Shown here: piece after piece, positions 55,613 through 64,000 of the stretch
How the letters are laid out: every line of letters begins with the position of its first letter
Position numbering within the stretch: position 1 is the stretch's first letter
Origin: Savitreella phatthalungensis
Taxonomy: Eukaryota
Direction: 5' to 3'
NCBI GenBank assembly: GCA_051599415.1
Contig: AP039691.1
Span: 248,001 to 312,000, forward strand
DNA: 64,000 nucleotides
Program-made: the position numbers and the translations under genes
Notes under the pieces: model-generated
Seen by the model: the letters and a program-made list of their open reading frames with translations, nothing else
The model's database searches: none
Told to the model about the DNA's origin: nothing

Positions 55613-58600
55613 TTACAGGGGCGTGGGAGCGGTATAAGTCGTTGTCGTTGACAGGGAGGTTGCTGAGAGAAGGTGGTAGAGGAAGAGAGAGGCTGCTAGG
55701 AGGTTGAATGCAGGGTGGAGGAGGTAGGCGTGCATGACGCCAAACAGGCTGCTCACAACCACACCGTACGTGATCGTCGCAGACACGCCGAATGCAACCA
55801 CGTTCACCAATCGGCGGACGACGACCGTCTTGCCGACCTGTCGACGCGGAAGCGATGAGGGATGGTGGCCGTATGGGAGAGCGCCAGCTGCCAGTTGCTC
55901 GACCAGGAGAATGACAGGCGCTACAACGAGGACGTTGTGGTGGTCGGTGAACGGGACGAACAGGTTGGACGAGATGTTGCGAAGCCAGACGAGTAGGACA
56001 GGAACGTCGATGGGCAGGACGATCAGCATGCATATCACAATACCAAGATTGTACCTCGCCAGTTGCTCTGCTCGCCGTAGTGGTAACTGGTGGTCTAACT
56101 TGGTAGGATCGGTAGCTTGCGCTGGGGTGGGAAGTGTTGCTGCCGGGGAGTCCGATCGGGCAGGAACCTTGTTGCTTGAGGGTTCGGACGAACCCGTCTC
56201 GCCCGGACGGTTTGCCTTTTCTGGAAGAGGAGGTGTTGTGGATAACCCGATTGGTTTCCGACAGAAACGGATTGCGAGACGCTGTCGAGCGAGCTCGGTC
56301 CGGATGCAGGTAAGAAGCTGGGCCATGCATGCGACGACGAATGCGAACTGATATGGAACAATGGTGGCGACAATGAGAAGGAGGGCACCTGTGACGATGA
56401 CTCTGCGGCGTGCGTTGCTAGAATCTCGCATTGGCGGAGAAGCGGAAGCGTTCGAGTTGCTCGGGATGAAGAGAAGTAATCTCGCGACAAACCAGACCAA
56501 CGTCTGGAGCGCGAGGCTAAAGACATGCAGAACGCCTAGGGCGACGAGAAAGAAAAGTGGCGCCAACCACCAGAGTTGAGTCTGCGATAGACCCAGAAGG
56601 AACTGTTGGGTCTTCCATTTGCTCACGAAAACGTCTCGGACCGCCAGGTCGGCAGCTCTTCTCTCGTTGAGCCAGGAAAATCCGAATGATGCAATGCCAA
56701 GGGTAACGAGCATTGGTGGGACGTAGTGCGTTGAGACCTGGATCAGTGCCTGCTGATAGGTCGGCATTTCCCCGGACAGACGGAAGGTGCGGAAAATGCG
56801 CTCGTACGCCAACAGAGCAGAGATGAAGAGGAAGCCTACGAGCGCCACTCGGTATCGCATGACGAGCATGCCGAGTGAGCCTAATGGATCCAGTCGAAGC
56901 TCTAGCTGGATCTTTGCGGTAGCACAAGCTGGATCACGCCATAGTTCAAACTCGACACCGCCGTCGGACTCCGTAAGCGGAAAGTAAGGTGCGTAGCCAT
57001 GGAAATTGATCTCGATCTTCGCGTCAGCAGGTTCAATTCGATGGTACTTGGCCTCACCGGCAGGAACAACGCGCTGCCGAAGGATTGGAACGAACTGCTG
57101 TGCCGGACATGCTTCGAGGAGGACGCGTGCATGGTACGCGAGTAGACTGTTCGTGAGGTCAGCGATGCGGACGCGCGAACTGATGCCGCTCCGATCCAAG
57201 TCGTAGCGAGCTGTTCGGAACGCGTGTGAGAACACTGAGGTCGTAAAAAATTGACGTCGAGGGGCAACGAAGTCGTGAGTAGCCGCAGTCGCTCGTAGAA
57301 AGCTAGCCTGATCTGGGAGATGTGCCTTGATCACAATGTGAGAGGCGTCTTGCGTCTGTGCTGCCGTGAGGCGAAGTACCGAGACACGCACCTCGCTGCC
57401 TGTGTTGGTGAGATCCATTTGCGATGGCAGCAGATCGAACTGTCTGTAGGCGCTATTGCATACCAATTCCACCGGCTCATGACCGCTGCTATGCATGGCT
57501 GTGCAGAGCATGACCTCAAATACCGACATGTCGTCTGCGAGTACTTCGAGCGAGCGCCTACCAGTCAGCCGGATGATCGCAGTCTGCTCAGTAAGCTCTG
57601 GCCTGTACGCAAGTGTGACTAGCTCAGCATCATCAGCTGCGCTATCTTTCAGCTGGATGGCGATAGGCTTGTCAAGAACGATCCGCTCTGTGTCATCTGT
57701 TGTCCGGTCGAGCGAAAGGGTGAGAGCGTTGCGAAGGACTGCCATACGATTGGAGAGAGCCTTTGTCTGGGAAGGTCGGCGAGTGTCGATGATGCTGAGG
57801 AGGGTGCGTGCCATCACCTTTCTAAGCTGGTCACACCAGAGAATGGCTTGATGATCTGCACAAGTCCAGACCTGTGGAATTGCGCTGGTAAACACGGTGA
57901 AACCGTGTTTCGGCGGCACGATGAATTCCAGAGAGGTATAGTCGGAGGAGACGATGGTGTCCAGACCGCCGCCTGCGATTGACAGTATAGCCATATCGCT
58001 GTGGAGGTTGTGCAGGGAGGTGTTGCGGAAGACGTCAGTCCACCAAGCATTCAGCTCGGTGTAGATTTGCTCCATCTTGCTGTCAAACGGAGCTGGAGGG
58101 AGTGCATGAGGCGTGGACATGGTGATAATCGTGTTGACACTCTTCTGCAGGTAATTTGGCATTGTTTGCATGAGTCGGGCAGCAATCCCACCCATGGAGT
58201 GACCGATGATGATAACGGAAGTAGGATCGGGCAGCGGGTTGTCGGGATCGCCTGTGGTGTAGAGTGAGAGGATGTAGGCAACGGCTGCGTTGAGATACTC
58301 TGCTTGATCCAGCAAAGTCTGGCCGTGGAAAGCAGAGAAATCTTCATCGAAATCGACAGTGAAGAAGTCTAACGGTTTCGTGCCGCGAGTATGGAGGCTG
58401 TCAATGCCATCTGATTTGAGGAGTGCGTCGAACTGATTCGCTGATTCTGCCGCGAGCGGTCTGATCTGTTTGTAGCTTCCTGCGTTGCCGGGCACGAAGA
58501 GAACAGGTACACCGATGAGGTTGTCTGTCGAGTCGAGACCATACTCGCGGTAGAGGTAGAGGGAGTACCTGTTTGCAAGTCGCGTGTGCTCTAGATCGAA

Positions 58601-59038
58601 GCCGGCCTGCTTGACGTAGGTCGGGTACATGTACGACATCCGACATAACTTGGTATCACGCTGTAGGTTGAGGAATGCGTAGAGGACTGCTGAAAGGAAG
58701 ATGAGTGCGATGAGCGTTGCCGTCCATAAGAAATGGCTGCCGCGCGATGATCTCCCAGAGGGCAGGGCTGAGGGAGTTGATGAGCATTTTGCGGACAATT
58801 GTCGTGAATGCGGTCGTGTTGACGATTGCGATGGGGGTTCTCGCCTATCAGCAGAGATGGAGGATTGTGATGGAGAGGAAGAGGAGGAGGAGGAGGATGA
58901 AGAGGGATTTGTAGGTGATGGATGATTTGAAGGATGTTGTGACCTTTGTTGTGTTGTTGGGCGGGGCGACTCCTTCGAGGTCGAATGACGTTTTGTCAGG
59001 CCTGGTGGGTGAGGGTATTCGTTGCTCAGGCGCGTCAT
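55613..59038 (-). CDS. BST1: GPI inositol-deacylase (PGAP1/Bst1)
   Basis: CRMSYMYP, YSLYLYRE, VPVLFVPGNAGSYKQIR, lipase motif IGHSMGG, DHQAILWC, multiple C-terminal TM segments. Confidence 0.95.
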   Translation of the reverse strand: MTRLSNEYPHPPGLTKRHSTSKESPRPTTQQRSQHPSNHPSPTNPSSSSSSSSSSPSQSSISADRREPPSQSSTRPHSRQLSAKCSSTPSALPSGRSSRGSHFLWTATLIALIFLSAVLYAFLNLQRDTKLCRMSYMYPTYVKQAGFDLEHTRLANRYSLYLYREYGLDSTDNLIGVPVLFVPGNAGSYKQIRPLAAESANQFDALLKSDGIDSLHTRGTKPLDFFTVDFDEDFSAFHGQTLLDQAEYLNAAVAYILSLYTTGDPDNPLPDPTSVIIIGHSMGGIAARLMQTMPNYLQKSVNTIITMSTPHALPPAPFDSKMEQIYTELNAWWTDVFRNTSLHNLHSDMAILSIAGGGLDTIVSSDYTSLEFIVPPKHGFTVFTSAIPQVWTCADHQAILWCDQLRKVMARTLLSIIDTRRPSQTKALSNRMAVLRNALTLSLDRTTDDTERIVLDKPIAIQLKDSAADDAELVTLAYRPELTEQTAIIRLTGRRSLEVLADDMSVFEVMLCTAMHSSGHEPVELVCNSAYRQFDLLPSQMDLTNTGSEVRVSVLRLTAAQTQDASHIVIKAHLPDQASFLRATAATHDFVAPRRQFFTTSVFSHAFRTARYDLDRSGISSRVRIADLTNSLLAYHARVLLEACPAQQFVPILRQRVVPAGEAKYHRIEPADAKIEINFHGYAPYFPLTESDGGVEFELWRDPACATAKIQLELRLDPLGSLGMLVMRYRVALVGFLFISALLAYERIFRTFRLSGEMPTYQQALIQVSTHYVPPMLVTLGIASFGFSWLNERRAADLAVRDVFVSKWKTQQFLLGLSQTQLWWLAPLFFLVALGVLHVFSLALQTLVWFVARLLLFIPSNSNASASPPMRDSSNARRRVIVTGALLLIVATIVPYQFAFVVACMAQLLTCIRTELARQRLAIRFCRKPIGLSTTPPLPEKANRPGETGSSEPSSNKVPARSDSPAATLPTPAQATDPTKLDHQLPLRRAEQLARYNLGIVICMLIVLPIDVPVLLVWLRNISSNLFVPFTDHHNVLVVAPVILLVEQLAAGALPYGHHPSSLPRRQVGKTVVVRRLVNVVAFGVSATITYGVVVSSLFGVMHAYLLHPAFNLLAASLFLYHLLSATSLSTTTTYTAPTPL

Positions 59039-59395
59039 GGAGTTCGGCGCTTGAGGGATCGGAGAGGCTTGATTAGCAGGGCATGATGGGAGAATTGGTT
59101 GCGAGTGAGGATCGAGGTTTTCAAGGACGGAATGATTGAAGAAAGTGTGTGATCCGAGGAGAGAGCGTGTGTTGTGACGTTTGTGGTTTGAGCGGGGAAA
59201 GGGGACGAGGTGGTCTGAATGTGTGACAGGGTGTTACACTTTTACGTGTTTTAAGATCGAGTGTTCTGTCAGGGAGAAGGATAGGGAGAGGCTGATGCTC
59301 TGTACAATACGATGACGGAATAGGAGCGTGTGTGAGCTTATTGATCGGTGTAAGAGTGGTTATGAGATAGTGATCAGGGGAGGGACTGGATGAAG

Positions 59396-59560
59396 GGTGG
59401 ATGAATGTGAGAAGTTGTGTGTGAGTGTGTATGTGAGTGTGTATATGAGTGTGTATATGAGTATGAGTATGAGGATGAGGATGAGGGATGCTTGGCGTGT
59501 GAGTGTGCATATGCATGTGAGTGTGAGTGTACATGTGCATGTGAGTGTGAGTGTGAGTAA
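59396..59560. repeat. Degenerate GTGTGA/ATGAGT-type hexamer low-complexity tract
   Basis: gtgagtgtgtatgtgagtgtgtatatgagt..atgaggatgagg..gtgagtgtgagt; a similar tract lies at about 59775-59825. Confidence 0.85.
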
Positions 59561-60723
59561 ACTGACTGTGGTTGGTTGTATGGATAAGTTTTGTGTGTAA
59601 ATCTACTGTTGGTAGCTGTAGATGGTAAAAGTCAATCGACTGCTATCCTGTAGTATACATTGTACTCGGGCTTGATTGATCGTATCTGTCGATTTGAATC
59701 TATTGACCGTAGTGGTTAAATTCCACTTTTCCAGATCTGTGAATAGCTTAATCTAGCTGGAGAGTAAAGGTGCATGTGTGTGTGTGTATGTGAGTGAGTG
59801 TGTGTATGTGAGTGAGTGTGTGTGGGTGTAATCACACTGAATATGTCCTACTCGAGTATACACTGCGGGAAAATGCTTGGATTATTCTTATTCAAGATTC
59901 CCGTGTGGCTGGGTGCACCACCTTTGCATTTTTCATTCTCTTCTTTCTCTTCTTTCTCGAGAAGATCCAAGCTAAAGGTTCAGTCAGGTGACAGAGTGCA
60001 CAGCTGGCGTTAGAACTCATTTGACCTGGCTGGGATAGATTCGCGTACGTTTGTATGATGATTGAAGTTGGGTTAATTTCTCAAAAAGGTGATAAATCTG
60101 CCGAGCAGCAGTCCCAATTGATGATGATGAAGTGAGGATCGATGGAGTAACTAGCTTTGTATTAGAGGGCTTGGAAATTCTCTTTGGCTGATGGTTGCAA
60201 TGTGGATAATTCCAGGGTCGTTGATGAGAAGCTCCACTCGCATGAACTCAATACAATCTCATATCAGAATGTTCATGAAAAGAGGTCATGCAACATGGTA
60301 AATTCCCACTTACAAGACTCCATATATTTACTCTGTCATCCTACCATTCGTCCAGCTGCGTGAGGAGAAATTCATCAAAATCATAAAAGTCTTGGCATGC
60401 AATCTGGATCCGTGAAAGGTAAAGGGAAAAAGTAAACTTGACCAAGGTCAAAAACGAAAAGACCAAGATGCAGTTCATGAAGCTCAATTACAAGTCAAGC
60501 CTACACTCAAGGCAATTCAATTCAATAGTTATGCAGGTATCTGAATGGATGGAGGCCTTTTCCAGGTCAATGATCGAGATGGCATGAGCATCAGCGTCTC
60601 TCCACTAGCATCGTAGACGGATACTTGGCAGTCGGTCAACGATTGACCTACTATAGTAAGTGAAACCTTTTCTTCAGACGGAATTGGATCAACTAGATAA
60701 TATTCGCCATCTTCTTGCACGTG

Positions 60724-63594
60724 CTAAAGATCCTCCTTTTCAATCTCGACCTGTGGATCCTCCTTCTCTCCCTCGACCGGAGTCTCCGTTGGGGAGGAAG
60801 CCGACGTCTGAGCCTTGCTCGCCTTGTCCTTTGACTTAGACTTTGCATTCGACTTTCCCTTCGCTGGCTTTGCTTTCGGCTTCGGAGGCTGGTAGTACAC
60901 GTACTTGCCTCGCATCTCCGTAAACAGTTTCTCCAACTTGCCCTGCGCATCCATGATTGATCTTGTGGTCAGGTGGACTTCATCTGAGCGCTTCATGCTA
61001 GCTTGCTTCTTCTGTGCCTTCGTAAGCCACGTCTGCGTCTCCGTCAGCAGATCGTCCAGCTCATCCAGTTCGTCCTCAGACTTGAACGCTGGAGGAACCG
61101 GTGCATCTGCTTCGTCATCGAAGTCTTCCTCAATCTCGTCTTCCTCCACCGCTGCTGCATCATCCGCGACTTGTGCAGGCGTAGCTGAAGCCTTCGCCGC
61201 AGCATCCTCATCATCGAGACCATCGAGCTCAGCCTCGGCTTGTGCCTTCTCCGCTCGAGCCGCTGCTTCTGCCAGACGAGCGCGTTTGCGTTCTTCCCTC
61301 GCAGCTGCCCTGGCAGCTTGACGTTCAGGCTTTCCTGCATCCCAGGCTGCTTTCTCTGCTTGGTACTTGGTCGCGTTTGCCTTCATGTCATTCACGAATC
61401 GCTGAGACACGTCGAAGAGCTTTTCAAGCTGGGAGACCATATCGTCTCGTACATCGTGCTCCATCGTCCGCATGTCGACCACCATCGACAGATCTACCAG
61501 CTTCTTCCGGTGCTCCTTGAATGCGGCGATTTTCGCATCGTCGCCTTCATTCACAAGCCACTCTGCAGCCTCCTTCGCAGCCACGCGCAGTCGCTCAGCC
61601 TCTTCCGGCTTTGCAGCAGACAGCCAAGACTCCTTGTTCAGCGTCTCGCGGGTCTGGTAGATGTATGACTCGAGCTCGTTCCTCGCAGTCTCGCCCTGGA
61701 TCCGATCGTCGTCCATCTGATCGAGCTTCTGGATACGGGCGAATGCAGCATCAAAGAATGTCTCGTTCAGACGAGCTCCTGGCCCAGGCTTCTCGTAGAC
61801 CAAGAGGGCCTGCTTCTCGATTCGCATCTTCTGTGGCTTCGTCTTCCCCGTCGTCACAGGCTTCTTAGCGACCTTCTGCTTCGTGTCTCCGTCTTCTGAC
61901 GAGGAGTCGCCGCCGAACCAGCCCTTCAGTTTACCTGCGACGCCGGAGTCCTCAGTCTTGTCCTTCGTGGTAGAGTCATCGACCTCACACCACACAAACG
62001 GGTCGTCTAGCTTCACCATCCCGGATGAGTCTAGCTTCGCCGAGACAAACGCAGCAGGACTGCACGCGTACTCCTTCTTCAGGGATGAGATGGCATCCTG
62101 CATACCGATGATGTCAAACTCGCCGATGTGTCGAGCTTTACCTTCGACGTCGTCTGACGCGATTGGAAGAGCAGGGTAAGCACCGTATCGGACGGTGTAC
62201 TGCAAGTTGTTTGTCAAGGATGAAGGAAGAGTTAGGTTGAGGGCGGATTCGAAGGGAGTGCCATTAGGGAAGAGCTCTTCGAAATTGCCTTGGCCATCAT
62301 GCGTGAAAGCGCCTTCGACCGGAAAGATCGATCGATCTTGGACGCGCACATCCTTGACCTTGAATCGGCCGGAGAGACCTGCACCACGGAAGACGGCACC
62401 GATCGTAGCGGATTCATCCGCGTTCACGTTACGCGAAAGTTGTTCCTCCGACACGACATCGAGCAGAGCACGTTGGACGAACGGCACCCGTGTCGCGCCA
62501 CCGTGAAGGATGAGCGATGTTATGTTCGATGCGTCGATCGACGCGGCTGCAAAGGCGTTCTTCAGCACCGCTGATACACGCGGCGCCATACCCTGTGTAA
62601 GCTCTTCGAATTGGACGCGGCTGATCTTGCGCCTGAAGTCGACATTCTCGTGCAGCGACTCGACGGAGAGAGTCGCTTCTGTGTTGGCCGATAGCACTTG
62701 CTTGATCTTATTGCTCTCACGAAGAAGACGGGAGAGGGCTCTGGGGTTCTTGCGCATCTCTCGCTCAAGCTGCTTCTGCTCAGTTGAGTCGAACTCTGTG
62801 GCAAAGTGCTCAAATAGGACATCTGTCATCGCTTGACCACCGAGCGTTTTGTCGAAAGCCGTTCCAAGTACCTCGATCGACGTCACATTCTTCTTGAATC
62901 TGCCAAAGTCCTTGACCAGCTTAGTCTCGAACTTGACCACGGTGGCCGAGGTCGAGCCTGCTCCAGAATCGAAGACGACGTGAATTTGGGGCTCGTCGAA
63001 GTGGCGTGCCTTTGCGTAGTCGATCGCCACAGCCACACCGTCGCTGATGAGCGACATGACCTTGACGTTGGCCAGTCGGGCTGCTTCGATCAAGGCACCA
63101 CGCTGACGCTCGGTGAAGAACGGAGGGACGGTGAGCACGACTCCATCAATCTCCTCGCCGGCCATGATGCGTGCATTGTAGACCATATTGGCGATTTGAT
63201 TGGCCACAAGCTCCTCGACAAGAGCAGTCGTCTTGAATCTCTCAAATGCAACGACGTTGTTGTCGGTACCCGGAGCGAGCTTGACTGCCGGGAAGCGTGC
63301 CAGGTAGTCCTTGACTGCCTGAGAATCGCGACGCTGACCAAGCAGCAGCTTGAGCTCAGGGAATGTTTCCTGTGGGAATCTGCCGCTCAACGCGATTGCG
63401 TCTTCACCGTAAGACCGCTCGTTCTTCTTGAAGCCGATGACAGATTGCTCTTTCCGCCGACTGGCCATTGTGATAACCATCTCCATCGGGATACCAGGCT
63501 TTACCAGCCCTGCTTTTGTCCACTGATGACCATAGTCGATGCCCAAGATGGCAGCCTGGGCGATCGCCAGAAGATATGCTGCCCGTAACAGCAT
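60724..63594 (-). CDS. LHS1: ER lumenal Hsp70 nucleotide-exchange factor Lhs1/Grp170/HYOU1
   Basis: Signal peptide; ILGIDYG..KAGLVKPGIPME; LTVPPFF; FDSGAGSTSAT; ILHGGATRVPFVQ; NVNADES; ARNELESYIY; C-terminal KEDL. 63597 is GTG; the ATG is at 63594. Confidence 0.95.
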   Translation of the reverse strand: MLLRAAYLLAIAQAAILGIDYGHQWTKAGLVKPGIPMEMVITMASRRKEQSVIGFKKNERSYGEDAIALSGRFPQETFPELKLLLGQRRDSQAVKDYLARFPAVKLAPGTDNNVVAFERFKTTALVEELVANQIANMVYNARIMAGEEIDGVVLTVPPFFTERQRGALIEAARLANVKVMSLISDGVAVAIDYAKARHFDEPQIHVVFDSGAGSTSATVVKFETKLVKDFGRFKKNVTSIEVLGTAFDKTLGGQAMTDVLFEHFATEFDSTEQKQLEREMRKNPRALSRLLRESNKIKQVLSANTEATLSVESLHENVDFRRKISRVQFEELTQGMAPRVSAVLKNAFAAASIDASNITSLILHGGATRVPFVQRALLDVVSEEQLSRNVNADESATIGAVFRGAGLSGRFKVKDVRVQDRSIFPVEGAFTHDGQGNFEELFPNGTPFESALNLTLPSSLTNNLQYTVRYGAYPALPIASDDVEGKARHIGEFDIIGMQDAISSLKKEYACSPAAFVSAKLDSSGMVKLDDPFVWCEVDDSTTKDKTEDSGVAGKLKGWFGGDSSSEDGDTKQKVAKKPVTTGKTKPQKMRIEKQALLVYEKPGPGARLNETFFDAAFARIQKLDQMDDDRIQGETARNELESYIYQTRETLNKESWLSAAKPEEAERLRVAAKEAAEWLVNEGDDAKIAAFKEHRKKLVDLSMVVDMRTMEHDVRDDMVSQLEKLFDVSQRFVNDMKANATKYQAEKAAWDAGKPERQAARAAAREERKRARLAEAAARAEKAQAEAELDGLDDEDAAAKASATPAQVADDAAAVEEDEIEEDFDDEADAPVPPAFKSEDELDELDDLLTETQTWLTKAQKKQASMKRSDEVHLTTRSIMDAQGKLEKLFTEMRGKYVYYQPPKPKAKPAKGKSNAKSKSKDKASKAQTSASSPTETPVEGEKEDPQVEIEKEDL

Positions 63595-64000
63595 CACGAT
63601 AGAGCTCGGTCTCTGGGTCTACCCGCTTTGTGAGCAGAAATGCAGTAATAGAAGTCTTATAAATGGTGTGCCGATGCCACGTATGCCTCGGACGGGAGCG
63701 GTACAAGCGTGTTGGTCACGCGTCTCGTGCGGATTCTGCGTGACGGATCGGGACCTGTTTGACGGATTCCACGAAAGTCGTCGCTGCTGATCGTTACTAA
63801 TACAAGCAAACAGTGTGGCTTCACTCGCTACCACTTCTGATTGACAAGATGATGGGAAGTAAGCGTCCTTTTGATGCCACAACCCTGAGGCTCTTACTGT
63901 GTCCGTACTTACGTGGGGTTTTCTCGTTTCTGCTACGTAGCATTAAAATTCTTGAACTGCACGTCGATCATTTGACACATGCATGTAAACCATCGAAGGC

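Noticed and set aside
59121..59600. His/Thr-rich and Val/Ser/Met-rich ORFs upstream of BST1
   Set aside because: Translations of the low-complexity hexamer tract.
60115..60197. Box C/D-like arrangement ATGATGA..CTGA with a short terminal stem
   Set aside because: The C box is part of an (ATG)n run and I could not match any guide segment to rRNA or snRNA; needs snoscan or RNA evidence.

Overview
Compact, gene-dense, intron-poor fungal chromosomal DNA. Gene style and short GT..CTRAC..YAG introns of 49-77 nt suggest an early-diverging ascomycete such as Taphrinomycotina; this assignment is inference. About 28 protein-coding genes can be supported, mostly conserved housekeeping genes: STUbL-type RING protein, WDR44-like, SWD2, OAC1, RAD5, VPS16, Gfo/Idh/MocA oxidoreductase, DUF2015, PRP19, TRS33, MDH, RPS22, DUF4112, an acyltransferase, a cupin, UGA1, DUF89, FIS1, TFC3, RSE1, DUF2423, SIZ1/PLI1, BST1 and LHS1. 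No intact transposon, rRNA, tRNA or CRISPR array was recognised. The main points not visible in the ORF track are: (1) a two-hairpin H/ACA snoRNA in the unusually long RPS22 intron, with a snR44-like first pocket and a second pocket aimed at a different 18S site; (2) a three-exon 95-aa membrane microprotein gene; (3) a Mutator-transposase-derived FAR1/WRKY-type zinc-finger gene lacking the DDE domain, with a (TGACC)11 array upstream; (4) a malate dehydrogenase whose spliced C-terminus is the peroxisomal signal SKL; (5) strand-biased CACTCA-type tracts upstream of several genes. All family calls are from motif recognition; no database searches were run.
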